DNA from: Macrostomum hystrix
Taxonomy: Eukaryota; Animalia; Platyhelminthes
Length of the DNA: 64,000 nt
NCBI GenBank assembly: GCA_950097015.1
Contig: CATNEN010000039.1
Span: 6,882,001 to 6,946,000, forward strand
Reading direction: 5' to 3'
In this document: positions 33,108-46,385 of the stretch, piece after piece
How positions within the stretch are numbered: position 1 is the stretch's first letter
Layout of the letters: the number at the start of each line of letters is the position of its first letter
Program-made: the position numbers and the translations under genes
The notes under the pieces: generated by a model
What the model was told of the DNA's origin: nothing
Databases searched by the model: none
The model's input: the letters and a program-made list of their open reading frames with translations, nothing else

Positions 33108-33795
33108 GAGCAAGTAGGTGTCAGCGGACTGTGCGGTTGGCTGTTGCAAGTGCCGAACGTGGCGTCGCTTTTGCCACCGGGGCTGTCTAAGTCAACCAGC
33201 CTAGCCAGTTGCGGATGCGATGTCGAGTTGGCCGTTGCCATGGTGATAAGCGTCGCCTCTGGCAGCGCAACAAGGCGACCCCTGGCCTCGGAGTCGAGCT
33301 CGTCCGAATCGTCAAGATAAAACCTTGCGTTCTGTGTGTTTAAAATCGAATTATAAATCCCTGTCTTTAACTGTTTGTTGCTATTGAGCAATTTGACCAA
33401 TGCACTATTAAGTGAATTGTTTCGCCCACCTCACTCCTAATAAATTCCCGTCCTCTGCGCTGTTCGCTGGTTGGTCCACAGTGCAGCCCACCTCACTCTT
33501 TATAAATGCCTGTCCTCTGCTGCTCGCTGATTGGTCCTCTTTTCAGTCCACCTCACTCTTTATAAATGCCGGTTCTTTGCCATTCTTTGACTCGTCAAAA
33601 AAATGTCTACGCATTTTCCTTTTATTCCAGTGCTCTCACTGAACTGCCATTTGCTCAGTAGCATTCCAGACCTTTTTATTCGCCGTCGAATTCGCCAGCC
33701 CCTCGTCCAGAAGGCGCCCCACAGCCGCAGCAGCCGCTTCGATGTCCACAGTGGACACGTGACGGTCCTTCGAAGTTCCAGACTCCTCGCGACAC
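31382..33795 (-). CDS. Probable C-terminal low-complexity exons of the Kv2/Shab gene (33795-33672, ~33331-32796, ~31785-31382)
   Basis: GC-rich open frames lie downstream of a strong GTAAGC donor at 33883. The first two junctions are phase-consistent, but I could not reconcile the phase of the last junction. Confidence 0.5.
31830..32070 (+). mobile_element. tRNA-derived SINE, family A
   Basis: GGTCGGAGGTTCGAATCC B-box, GCTTCAGTTCACC..AATGGGTACCAGCATTAGCCGGGGTA core, CCATGGACTGAACAGCCGTACGCAGCCTTCAGAT, GGGCAGGTGTAAT tail. Confidence 0.7.
32632..32795. repeat. Short degenerate minisatellite (GATAATGAAGGTCGGGATTCCCC)
   Basis: About 5 imperfect copies. Confidence 0.7.
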
Positions 33796-33883
33796 CTTAA
33801 TTTATTATTTTCCTTTTTATAAAGAAGTTAGTTCGCTTGTTCGGGTATCCTATCAGATCAGATATAATTTGCGTCTCGCTTAC

Positions 33884-33958
33884 TTCAAGTAGGCCATATC
33901 GATTTTAGTGTGACTGCGGTGTCTTCGACCTCCGACGCCCCCGCCGCTACTAGTGCCG

Positions 33959-34000
<42 letters not shown>

Positions 34001-34914
34001 ACACTGAAGTCGCTGTCGTCTTGATCTTCGATGCCGCCGCAGGTTTCCTGACTCGGCCGCTGACGAATGAACGACGCCACGGACACCAGGCTGCCCTTCC
34101 GCTTCGCCGACTCCATGGCCTCCATTCTTCGCTGTGCCTTCTCCCTCCGCGACTGTTCCTTGTAGAACTCGGCGAAGTTGTTCACAATGATGGGAATCGG
34201 CAGGGCGACCACCAGGACGCCGCAGATGCAGCAGCCGCTGCCGATAATCTTGCCCAGAGCAGTTCTAGGCACAATGTCACCGTAGCCAACAGTTGTCATG
34301 GTGATGGCCGCCCACCAGAAAGTGGCGGGAATCGATCGGAACTGGTTCGGACGGTCGCCGTCGCCCGGCTCGTCCTTCTCGGCGAAGTAGGCCAGACTTG
34401 AGAACAGCAGAACGCCGAGTAGGACGAACAGGATGAGTAGGCCGAGCTCCTTGTAGCTCTGGTGCAGGGTGTAGCCCAGGGACTTCAAGCCGGTTGAGTG
34501 TCTGGCCAATTTCAGCACTCGCAGGATTCGCAGAATGCGGAACACTTGCACAATCTTGCGCACCGAAGTCAGCGACGAATATTCGCCACTGTCCTCATCC
34601 TGCAGGCTGTGCATCAGGATCACGGAGATGTAGTATGGTACAATCGCGATCAGGTCTATGATGTTCATCGGGCCTTTCAAGAACTTGCCCTTGTCCGGCG
34701 AGGCCCACAGTCGCAGGACAAACTCAAGCGTGAACCAGACGATACAGACGGCCTCCACAATCTCCAGGCTGGGATTGTCCTCTAGAGACCACACCGGAAT
34801 CGTCCCGTTCGGGCCCTCGTTGCGCGTGTGATTCTTCTGGATCTCCGGGATGGTGTTCAGCGTCAGGCCGACGGTCGCCAGCACGATGAACAGGACGGAC
34901 ACAATGGCAACAAT
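33884..34914 (-). CDS. KCNB: Voltage-gated potassium channel Shab/Kv2, exon encoding S1-S6 and the proximal C-terminus
   Basis: S4 [23 protein letters not shown], pore [19 protein letters not shown]6 [15 protein letters not shown] (PIP is typical of Kv2/Shab). Acceptor CAG at 34917-34915. Confidence 0.95.
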
Positions 34915-34961
34915 CTGACGGTGTTCGGTGACACAATTAAGCGAAAATTTCACTAATACTG

Positions 34962-35480
34962 TTCTCTACCTCCTCTCCCAGTGTCTTCATTTTCTACCCT
35001 CCAGCTGACCCTCATTCCCTACCCCCAGTCTCTTCATGTTCTACCCTCCAGCTGACCCTCATTCCCTACCCCCAGTCTCTTCATTTTCTACCCTCCAGCT
35101 GACCCTCATTCCCTACCCCCAGTCTCTTCATGTTCTACCCTCCAGCTGACCCTCATTCCCTACCCCCAGTCTCTTCATATTCTACCCTCCAGCTGACCCT
35201 CATTCCCTACCCCAGTCTCTTCATATTCTACCCTCCAGCTGACCCTCATTCCCTACCCCAGTCTCTTCATATTCTACCCTCCAGCTGACCCTCATTCCCT
35301 ACCCCAGTGTCTTCATTTTCTACCCTCCAGCTGACCCTCATTCTCTACCCCAGTGTCTTCATTTTCTACCCTCCAGCTGACCCTCATTCCCTACCCCAGT
35401 CTCTTCATATTCTACCCTCCAGCTGACCCTCATTCCCTACCCCAGTGTCTTCATATTCTACCCTCCAGCCGACCCTCATT
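34962..35480. repeat. 46/47-bp minisatellite in the Kv2 intron
   Basis: CTACCCTCCAGCTGACCCTCATTCCCTACCCCAGTCTCTTCATATT, about 11 copies. Confidence 0.92.
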
Positions 35481-36171
35481 TCCTAACAATTGGAGATTCA
35501 CAATCTCTAAACCATCCACAGGGTAACACAGTCATAATTATTCATTTGGCTGAGTCATCTCAATTATCAGCAATGGAATGCTGTATGACGAAGTGTCGGA
35601 TTGCTAGAGTCATGGCTGTTAAATGGACCAATGGCTGATCAAAGATCTGATTAAGGACCATCAGCTGATCGACTAGACAGTGGGGAGAATCTAGAATATA
35701 CATTCATGTTAATTTGGAGCATCCTCCTATACTCGAATCGCAATGATCGATGAGGCATTGGGAATCTGCGACTTGTGCTCTAAGCTGGGATTCTCTTCGT
35801 TGCAAAATGTGCCCAAATTTTCATTGCGGCAGATGGTGCCTGATCTCTCGCTCCCTCTCCCATTTCTTCCTCTCAGTAATAATGATTCTCGGCCAGCAAG
35901 TCTCCCTGGCTGGATGAGTCAATCTTGAGCACGAACTAGAATTTTTAGCAGATGCAGCCTACTCATATTTTGCCTCTCTCAAAGCAGACAGGCTTGTAAA
36001 GAAAGCCTGTACTCGTACAAGGAAAAAAATCTGTATATATAATTTAATATTTTTTTGCTTTTTTGCCAATGCATTACGCTACTGATTGCTCTGATTTGCA
36101 CTCTAGCTCGTTGCATAAAAGTGCACAATTTTTTTTACCCTTAGTCAATAAAATAATTTGCTGACTTTCCT

Positions 36172-38410
36172 ACAGGTCACAGCCCTCTCTGTAACAGGTC
36201 ACAGCCCTCTCTGTAACAGGTCACAGCCCTCTGTGTAACAGGTCACAGCCCTCTGTGTAACAGGTCACAGCCCTCTGTGTAACAGGTCACAGCCCTCTCT
36301 GTAACAGGTCACAGCCCTCTGTGTAACAGGTCACAGCCCTCTGTGTAACAGGTCACAGCCCTCTGTGTAACAGGTCACAGCCCTCTCTGTAACAGGTCAC
36401 AGCCCTCTGTGTAACAGGTCACAGCCCTCTGTGTAACAGGTCACAGCCCTCTGTGTAACAGGTCACAGCCCTCTGTGTAACAGGTCACAGCCCTCTGTGT
36501 AACAGGTCACAGCCCTCTGTGTAACAGGTCACAGCCCTCTCTGTAACAGGTCACAGCCCTCTCTGTAACAGGTCACAGCCCTCTCTGTAACAGGTCACAG
36601 CCCTCTGTGTAACAGGTCACAGCCCTCTGTGTAACAGGTCACAGCCCTCTGTGTAACAGGTCACAGCCCTCTGTGTAACAGGTCACAGCCCTCTGTGTAA
36701 CAGGTCACAGCCCTCTCTGTAACAGGTCAGAGCCCTCTCTGTAACAGGTCACAGCCCTCTGTGTAACAGGTCACAGCCCTCTCTGTAACAGGTCACAGCC
36801 CTCTCTGTAACAGGTCACAGCCCTCTGTGTAACAGGTCACAGCCCTCTGTGTAACAGGTCACAGCCCTCTCTGTAACAGGTCACAGCCCTCTCTGTAACA
36901 GGTCACAGCCCTCTCTGTAACAGGTCACAGCCCTCTGTGTAACAGGTCACAGCCCTCTGTGTAACAGGTCACAGCCCTCTCTGTAACAGGTCACAGCCCT
37001 CTGTGTAACAGGTCACAGCCCTCTCTGTAACAGGTCACAGCCCTCTCTGTAACAGGTCACAGCCCTCTCTGTAACAGGTCACAGCCCTCTGTGTAACAGG
37101 TCACAGCCCTCTGTGTAACAGGTCACAGCCCTCTCTGTAACAGGTCACAGCCCTCTGTGTAACAGGTCACAGCCCTCTGTGTAACAGGTCACAGCCCTCT
37201 GTGTAACAGGTCACAGCCCTCTGTGTAACAGGTCACAGCCCTCTCTGTAACAGGTCACAGCCCTCTGTGTAACAGGTCACAGCCCTCTCTGTAACAGGTC
37301 ACAGCCCTCTGTGTAACAGGTCACAGCCCTCTGTGTAACAGGTCACAGCCCTCTCTGTAACAGGTCACAGCCCTCTGTGTAACAGGTCACAGCCCTCTGT
37401 GTAACAGGTCACAGCCCTCTGTGTAACAGGTCACAGCCCTCTGTGTAACAGGTCACAGCCCTCTCTGTAACAGGTCACAGCCCTCTGTGTAACAGGTCAC
37501 AGCCCTCTGTGTAACAGGTCACAGCCCTCTCTGTAACAGGTCACAGCCCTCTCTGTAACAGGTCACAGCCCTCTCTGTAACAGGTCACAGCCCTCTCTGT
37601 AACAGGTCACAGCCCTCTGTGTAACAGGTCACAGCCCTCTCTGTAACAGGTCACAGCCCTCTGTGTAACAGGTCACAGCCCTCTGTGTAACAGGTCACAG
37701 CCCTCTGTGTAACAGGTCACAGCCCTCTGTGTAACAGGTCACAGCCCTCTCTGTAACAGGTCACAGCCCTCTGTGTAACAGGTCACAGCCCTCTGTGTAA
37801 CAGGTCACAGCCCTCTGTGTAACAGGTCACAGCCCTCTGTGTAACAGGTCACAGCCCTCTGTGTAACAGGTCACAGCCCTCTGTGTAACAGGTCACAGCC
37901 CTCTCTGTAACAGGTCACAGCCCTCTCTGTAACAGGTCACAGCCCTCTCTGTAACAGGTCACAGCCCTCTCTGTAACAGGTCACAGCCCTCTCTGTAACA
38001 GGACATGAACCCTCTCTGTAACAGGATATGAACCCTCTCTGTAACAGGACATGAACCCTCTCTGTAACAGGATATGAACCCTCTCTGTAACAGGATATGA
38101 ACCCTCTCTGTAACAGGATATGAGCCCTCTCTGTAACAGGATATGAACCCTCTCTGTAACAGGATATGAACCCTCTCTGTAACAGGACATGAACCCTCTC
38201 TGTAACAGGATATGAACCCTCTCTGTAACAGGATATGAGCCCTCTCTGTAACAGGATATGAGCCCTCTCTGTAACAGGATATGAACCCTCTCTGTAACAG
38301 GATATGAACCCTCTCTGTAACAGGATATGAACCCTCTCTGTAACAGGATATGAACCCTCTCTGTAACAGGATATGAACCCTCTCTGTAACAGGATATGAA
38401 CCCTCTCTGA
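36172..38410. repeat. 22-bp minisatellite (GTAACAGGTCACAGCCCTCTST) switching to a 23-bp variant (GTAACAGGATATGAACCCTCTCT) at ~38000
   Basis: Highly homogeneous tandem array. Confidence 0.97.
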
Positions 38411-39234
38411 ACCAATGTGAGCATCAGCAGTCGTTAAACCTACGCACTTTAAGCTATTGCAAAACATTCAATTGTCCCGGACTGGTTCAGACCTCACCAA
38501 TCTGCTCTTAACTCAATTTGGCCACTTCTTGCTTAGCATGGGTAGTGGCTGCATGGGCAGTGCGGGGGATTTCTCCCTTGTTGAGTAGGAGGTGCTGCAG
38601 CCACTTGGCACTGTACCTGAGACAAGGAGAGGAACATTAATTGAGAATCCTGGGGCGGTAGCTGCATGTGGCTGCAGAATTAAGCTGCTGGACCAGTGAG
38701 TGAATTGGAAAGCTATGATTGGGGGGACAACTTTTAGTAGCGGCAAAAGGATTGCTGCTAGGATTTTAAATCCCGCTACTTCCCATGGGAGCAAAAAGTC
38801 TCTCAGCGTCCCCACCCGTTCTCTTCCGCAGCGTTTCAAAGCGTGGAATCGAACTCATGGCATTACTTGCTTTCAATTGGACGCTTTTATCGCTATCTAT
38901 CAATCAGCCACTTCACTTTTTTAGGATAAATGAAAATGCAAAAAGCTAATTGTCGGTACGTTTGTGATGTCCGATGTGTGAGACCTCCAGAGATGGAAAT
39001 ATTGATCCAGAAAAACTGTTTTAAAAAATTAGACAGAATTATTTTTTGCCAAACCTGATCGCGCTCAAGTGAAAAGCTTCATCAACTCAGAGCACATACA
39101 GAGAAAAAAAAAATTAATGTAGCTTTTCAAAAACTGCCTTTCTCGTTATCCAAAGGCTTTTGAATAGGGCCACATTGATTATCACAAAAGCATCAAAATT
39201 TCTCAAACCTATATTCTATGGTGGGTCCGTAGTT

Positions 39235-39990
39235 AGAATTTCACACGGTCTCTCACGATTATCACACAGAATCTCACACAAGTCTCATTTAGAATTTTAC
39301 AACTTCTCACGCAGAATCTCATATGATACTCACACAGAATCCCACACGACTCTAATTCAGAATCCCACACGATTCTCACACAGAATCCCCACACGATTCT
39401 CACGCAGAATATCTCTCACGCGATTCTCACACAGAATCCCCACACGATTCTCACACAGAATCCCCACACGATTCTCACGCAGAATATCTCTCACGCGATT
39501 CTCACACAGAATCCCACACGATTCTCACACAGAATCTCACACGATTCTCACACAGAATCTCACGCGATTCTCACACAGAATCTCACGCGATTCCCACGCA
39601 GAATCTCACACGATTCTCACACAGAATCCCACACGATTCTCACTCAGAATCTCATTCGATTATCACACAGAATCTCACACGATTCTCACACAGAATCTCA
39701 TTCGATTCTCACACAATCTCATTCGATTCTCACACAGAATCTCACACGATTCCCACACAGAATCCCACACGGTTATCACACAGAATCCCACACGGTTATC
39801 ACACAGAATCCCACACGGTTATCACACAGAATCCCACACGGTTATCACACAGAATCCCACACGGTTATCACACAGAATCCCACACGGTTATCACACAGAA
39901 TCCCACACGGTTATCACACAGAATCCCACACGGTTATCACACAGAATCCCACACGGTTATCACACAGAATATCTCACGCGATTCTCGAAT
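39235..39990. repeat. About 23-bp minisatellite (ACACAGAATCCCACACGGTTATC)
   Basis: Tandem copies are most homogeneous at 39760-39965. Confidence 0.9.
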
Positions 39991-40484
39991 TCTGAACAGG
40001 AAAGTTGAATAAACTTTCTCTAATAAGTTTTGCAACATGAGTACAGCCAGTGTTGCTATGCAGCTATTTATAGATCTGTTCCCCATTTTGTCCCTTGGCC
40101 CAGGCTGTGGCTTTCCGATCCGAGCAGTTCCGATTTCGAAGCCAAACAACAAATTTGCAACCGCGAGAAGCGAAGGCAGGCTAAGCGTGGAAGCGCTGAC
40201 CGCATTACAGCGATGCCACCAACCTTAAGTTCTAAATTGCGCAGTAAATTTGTCCGAAATTTCCTCTGGGATCAGCAACGCGCAGCATTTGCGTCTACTA
40301 GACAGGCCTGGACAAATTGATCCCGTCAAGTTATTTCAACGCCAGTAAGCCTCCGTCGGAAATGTTTTGGAAAGCCATAAAAACTGCCGCAGCAACTACC
40401 GTAGGCTCGGAGCTTCCTGTGTTCGGCTGCGATCTGGAATATCCCCTCCTTTCCCAATGCTAAACTTTCTTCCCCCAGCAGATG

Positions 40485-40610
40485 CTTGTAACCATTTTAC
40501 AGCTGGGTGGACTGAAGAAATGGGGAATTAAGTGCTTAGACCAAGCGAACCCATAGTTCAGCCTTCTATGTCAGAAGGCCACAGCTCGAAGTACGGGGCT
40601 TCAACATCCC
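40485..40610 (-). mobile_element. Degenerate SINE family A fragment
   Basis: The reverse complement contains AAGCACTTAATTCCCCATTTCTTCAGTCCACCCAGCTGTAAAATGG. Confidence 0.5.
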
Positions 40611-42720
40611 TACAATCTACCTCTCCCATCCCTGACTCTACCCAATCTGCCTCTCCCATCCCTGACTCTACCCAATCTACCTCTCCCATCCCTGACTCTA
40701 CCCAATCTGCCTCTCCCATCCCTGACTCTACCCAATCTACCTCTCCCATCCCTGACTCTACCCAATCTGCCTGTCCAATCCCTGACTCTACCTAATCTAT
40801 CTCTCCCATCCATGACTCTACCCAATCTATCTCTCCCATCCATGACTCTACCCAATCTACCTCTCCCATCCCTGACTCTACCCAATCTACCTCTCCCATC
40901 CCTGACTCTACCCAATCTGCCTGTCCAATCCCTGACTCTACCTAATCTATCTCTCCCATCCATGACTCTACCCAATCTATCTCTCCCATCCATGACTCTA
41001 CCCAATCTACCTCTCCCATCCCTGACTCTACCCAATCTGCCTCTCCCATCCCTGACACTACCCAATCTGCCTCTCCAATCCCTGACTCTACCCAGTCTGC
41101 CTGTCCAATCCCTGACTCTACCTAATCTATCTCTCCCATCCATGACTCTACCCAATCTATCTCTCCCATCCATGACTCTACCCAATCTACCTCTCCCATC
41201 CCTGACTCTACCCAATCTACCTCTCCCATCCCTGACTCTACCCAATCTGCCTGTCCAATCCCTGACTCTACCTAATCTATCTCTCCCATCCATGACTCTA
41301 CCCAATCTATCTCTCCCATCCATGACTCTACCCAATCTACCTCTCCCATCCCTGACTCTACCCAATCTGCCTCTCCCATCCCTGACACTACCCAATCTGC
41401 CTCTCCAATCCCTGACTCTACCCAGTCTGCCTGTCCAATCCCTGACTCTACCTAATCTATCTCTCCCATCCATGACTCTACCCAATCTATCTCTCCCATC
41501 CATGACTCTACCCAATCTACCTCTCCCATCCCTGACTCTACCCAATCTGCCTCTCCCATCCCTGACACTACCCAATCTGCCTCTCCAATCCCTGACACTA
41601 CCCAATCTGCCTCTCCAATCCCTGACTCTACCCAGTCTGCCTGTCCAATCCCTGACTCTACCCAATCTGCCTGTCCAATCCCTGACTCTACCCAATCTGC
41701 CTGTCCAATCCCTTACTCTACCCAATCTGCCTGTCCAATCCCTTACTCTACCCAATCTACCTCCCCATCCCTGACTCTACCCAATCTGCCTGTCCAATCC
41801 CGGACTCTACCTAATCTATCTCTCCCATCCATGACTCTACCCAATCTATCTCTCCCATCCATGACTCTACCCAATCTACCTCTCCCATCCCTGACTCTAC
41901 CTAATCTACCTCTCCCATCCATGACTCTACCCAATCTGCTTCTCCCAACCCTGACTCTACCCAATCTGCTTCTCCCATCCCTGACTCTACCCAATCTGCT
42001 TCTCCTATCCCTGACTCTACCCAATCTGCTTCTCCTATCCCTGAATCTACCCAATCTACAACTCCCATCCCTGACTCTACCCAATACTGTACCTCTCACT
42101 CAACCCAACCTACCTCTCCTATCCCTGAATCTACTCAATCTACTTCTCCAATCCCGGACTCTACCTAATCTATCTCTCCCATCCATGACTCTACCCAATC
42201 TATCTCTCCCATCCATGACTCTACCCAATCTACCTCTCCCATCCCTGACTCTACCTAATCTACCTCTCCCATCCATGACTCTACCCAATCTGCTTCTCCC
42301 ATCCCTGACTCTACCCAATCTGCTTCTCCCATCCCTGACTCTACCCAATCTGCTTCTCCTATCCCTGACTCTACCCAATCTGCTTCTCCTATCCCTGAAT
42401 CTACCCAATCTACAACTCCCATCCCTGACTCTACCCAATACTGTACCTCTCACTCAACCCAACCTACCTCTCCTATCCCTGAATCTACTCAATCTACTTC
42501 TCCTATCACGGACTCTACTCCATCTACTTTTCCTATCCCTGATTCTGCCCAATCTACTTCTCCCATCAAACACTCTACCCAATCTACCTCTCACTCTACC
42601 CAATCTACCTCTCCAATCCTTGACTCAACCCAATCTACCTCTCACTCTACCGAATCTACCTCTCCCATTTATGACGCTACACAATCTACAACTCTCATCC
42701 CTCACTGTACCCAGTCTTCC
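40606..42720. repeat. 30-bp minisatellite (CCTGACTCTACCCAATCTACCTCTCCCATC) with higher-order blocks
   Basis: Exact 30-bp register at 40621-41760. A 357/354-bp block is duplicated (ORFs at 41743 and 42100). Confidence 0.95.
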
Positions 42721-43199
42721 GTTCCTCTCCATTGCCTACTCTCTACTATTATGGAATCTCTATTTCTATATTGTCACAATGTGACGCATATGTTTTGTTC
42801 TATTATCCTTATTTTCTGTCCGGCTATCCCTCAAGCTAATTTATAACCAGCTGGTTTTTGATCAGATCCTTTCTAATTTTAGAGATTCTCAGCCCAGTGT
42901 CGAGGTAAATATTATTGTAAGCGTCATCGTTTTTGTTTGTCTGCCTCCGCATTTTTGGCGTAGGTTTAAATTATGCAAATATAAAATTCTGCAGCCATTT
43001 TCGATTGCTTTTAGCTAGATAATTTCTCGCTTCTGTCCAGAACAGCCTGGGCCAACAGCCTTCCTCTGACTCTCGGGGTGTCCCAGTTTTCCTCTCTGTC
43101 TCTAATAGCACTTTAATCCCACTCCACTAGCTGAGAATATTTCTGCCAAAGAAAAAACTACAAAAATAGCCACTTCTTCTCTCCCTCCAGTCACTCTTC

Positions 43200-44135
43200 C
43201 TATTTCTATCCTTTACCCTCTTCTCACCCTATCCCATTTCTATCCTTTACCCTCTTCTCACCCTATCCCATTTCTCATTTACCCTCTTCTCACCCTCTCC
43301 CATTTCTCATTTACCCTCTTCTAACCCTCTCCCATTTCTCATTTACCCTCTTCTCACCCTATCCCATTTCTCATTTACCCTCTTCTCACCCTATCCCATT
43401 TCTCATTTACCCTCTTCTCACCCTATCCAATTTCTCATTTACCCTCTTCTCACCCTATCCCATTTCTCATTTACCCTCTTCTCACCCTATCCCATTTCTC
43501 ATTTACCCTCTTCTCACCCTATCCCATTTCTCATTTACCCTCTTCTCACCCTATCCCATTTTTCATTTACTCTCTTCTCACCCTATCCCATTTTTCATTT
43601 ACCCTCTTCTCACCCTATCCCATTTCTCATTTACCCTCTTCTCACCCTATCCCATTTTTCATTTACCCTCTTCTCACCCTATCCCATTTCTCATTTACCC
43701 TCTTCTCACCCTATCCCATTTCTCATTTACCCTCTTCTCACCCTATCCCATTTCTCATTTACCCTCTTCTCACCCTATCCCATTTCTCATTTACCCTCTT
43801 CTCACCCTATCCCATTTCTCATTTACCCTCTTCTCACCCTATCCCATTTTTCATTTACTCTCTTCTCACCCTATCCCATTTTTCATTTACCCTCTTCTCA
43901 CCCTATCCCATTTCTCATTTACCCTCTTCTCACCCTATCCCATTTTTCATTTACCCTCTTCTCACCCTATCCCATTTCTCATTTACCCTCTTCTCACCCT
44001 ATCCCATTTCTCATTTACCCTCTTCTCACCCTATCCCATTTCTCATTTACCCTCTTCTCACCCTATCCCATTTCTCATTTACCCTCTTCTCACCCTATCC
44101 CATTTCTCATTTACCCTCTTCTCACCCTCTCCCTT
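43200..44135. repeat. 32-bp pyrimidine-rich minisatellite (ACCCTCTTCTCACCCTATCCCATTTCTCATTT)
   Basis: About 28 near-identical copies. Confidence 0.95.
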
Positions 44136-44439
44136 TCTCTTGGGAGAAATCCTATTTCTCTTTTCAGCAATTATAGACAGTCAGTAGAAAATAATTTTTA
44201 ATCCTGTCTACTTGTCGCTAATAATTACATTTTTTACTTTTGTTGCCTGACAGAAACTAAATAATCAAATTTAGTTGACAAGCTAAAGACATTTTTTCTA
44301 ATTTCATGAAATTTTTTGTATGTTTACTTTGTCCAATGCTAACCTTAATAAGGAATGTCATTCGACAGTACACATCTACTCCTAACTCAAGATAGAAAAG
44401 TCTAACTCTGCTTCTCTTTCAACTCTCTACTCTCCCCTT

Positions 44440-44750
44440 TCTCCTCTCAACTCTCCTATCTACTCTCTTATCTATTCTCCTATATACTCTCCTATCTACT
44501 CTCCTATCTACTCTCCTATCTACTCTCCTATCTACTCTCCTCACTACTCTCCTATCTACTCTACTCTCAACTTTCCTATATACTCTCCTCTTAACTCTCC
44601 TATCTACTCTCCTATCTACTCTCCAATCTGCTCTCCTATCTACTCTCCTATCTACTCTCCTATCTACTTTTCTATCTAACCTCCCATCTACTCTTCTATC
44701 TACTTTTTCTATCTACTCTCTTCTCTTCTCTTCTCTCCTGTACTCTTCTC
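44440..44750. repeat. 12-bp minisatellite (CTCTCCTATCTA) next to the Kv2 exon 1 donor
   Basis: Degenerate tandem copies. Confidence 0.85.
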
Positions 44751-44789
44751 TCTAATCTCCAATCTCCACTCGCCAGTCCGCCAGCTCAC

Positions 44790-45426
44790 CCTGGCCAGTG
44801 TGGACGTCTGCGGCTCCTCCAGCGTGTTCCAGACTGTCCTCTTCAGCTCCCCGTAGCGCCCGGGCCCAAAGTCAAGCCGGATGCTCCGCTGATTCCAGCG
44901 CACCGCCTCCATGTCCTTCCTGATCTCCTCCTCGGCTGTCTCCTTGCGCTGGTGATACTTCTGCTGGCAGCAGAGGTCGAAGTAATCCTCGGTGATGCCC
45001 CAGTACTTCAGCTCGGCGTCGAAGGCGATGACGCACGCGTCCTCGTTGAGGTGCAGCTTGCCAGTCCGGTAGAAGTTCAGAATCGGATAGAAAAACTTCG
45101 GATGCCGGTCGAAATAGTACTCATCGTGCTGACGTCTCCGACGACGATTCTGGTGGTGATGATGATGATGATGCTGCTGCTGGATTTGTTGATGCTGCTG
45201 CTGATGTTGCAGGTGGTGACGGCCCGGGTGGAAATCGTCGCACAGCTGCAGGATCTCCTCCTGGGTTTTGGCCCGCCGCAGACGGCCCAGCCGGGATCTG
45301 GGCAGCCGGTTCAGAGTGCGCCACAGCACCTCGTGCCTATCGCCGCCAACATTCAGCAGTACCCGACGCTGGCGACGCTGACGCGGCGACTGGTGCTGAC
45401 GATGATTCGACGACGCGACGATATGT

Positions 45427-45470
<44 letters not shown>

Positions 45471-45755
45471 CCCTACGACGCGAAAAACCCCGGGCTTGTC
45501 CACGAGCTGGCCGCCCGCAATCGCATCCGGTGCCTTCTGCTTCCCGGCCTGCCGGTCCTCCTTCATTGAGCAGCAGTCGTCTTCCTCTTCCTCGTCGTAT
45601 TCCGCCTCCTCCTCTTCGTTCTCCGCCTCGCTCTCCTCGTCAAAATAGTCCTCGGCCTCGGCTGCGGGGCGCTGTCTGACTGGCCTGACGTAGCGCCAGC
45701 GATTGGCGGCCGCGGCAGCCGCACTCACCGAGGCGCCGCCGTGCGCGCTAAACAT
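44790..45755 (-). CDS. KCNB: Shab/Kv2 first coding exon: acidic and poly-Gly N-terminus plus the T1 tetramerisation domain
   Basis: RVLLNVGGDRHEVLWRTLNRLPRSRLGRL..LCDDF..EYYFDRHP..ILNFYRTGKLH..CCQQKYHQRKE..VWNTLEEPQTSTLAR. The GTGAGC donor at 44789 is phase 0 and joins 34914 across a 9.9-kb intron. Confidence 0.93.
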
Positions 45756-46111
45756 TGGGCGAGACTCTCTTGCCCGGCCGGAGTGTTTTCTGGGCGAGTT
45801 GCGTTGCTAAAAATAGCAACAGGGGAAGCCGGAAGCGGAGGGGAAGCCCCGGAGGAGGAGAGGTTCGCTCGTACCGATGATTTCTGAAAGGGTGCCGATG
45901 AAATCGAAAACTAACAAAACAATCGGATTGAAATCAATTATTATTTGTCCTAAAGTAAATTTCATCACATTTCATCACATGTAAACAGCAATGACCGATA
46001 ACTTGTCAGTAATTTATCTTCGCGACTAAATCCCCTATCTCTTTTCAAAACTTATAAAGGATCCCTAACAGTTGTTAAAGATTCCTGCCTAACATGTAAT
46101 TATTTTTGCCA

Positions 46112-46385
46112 TACAGGTAAAGGTTACCGTCTAACAGATAAAGTTTCCCGCCAACAGGTAAAGTTTCCCGCCAACAGGTAAAGGTTCCCGCCAACTGGTA
46201 AAGGTTCCCGCCAACTGGTAAAGTTTCCCGCCAACAGATAAAGGTTCCCGCCAACAGGTAAAGGTTCCCGCCAACAGGTAAAGGTTCCCGCCAAACAGGT
46301 AAAGGTTCCCGCCAAACAGGTAAAGGTTCCCGCCAACAGGTAAAGGTTCCCGCCAACAGGTAAAGGTTCCCGCCAACAGGTAAAG
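46112..46385. repeat. 20-bp minisatellite (AAAGGTTCCCGCCAACAGGT)
   Basis: About 13 tandem copies. Confidence 0.92.

Noticed and set aside
38450-38900. Possible decayed LINE 3' fragment (..QRFKAWNR..); similar impression at 35480-35950 and 54580-54830
   Set aside because: No clear RT or endonuclease motifs, so too weak to call without a search.
36172-44135. Regular short repeats resembling CRISPR arrays, and ORFs derived from them (SLTLPNLPLP, GRVRDGRGRL, CYREGSYPVTE)
   Set aside because: They are head-to-tail with no unique spacers or cas genes and lie inside a eukaryotic intron.
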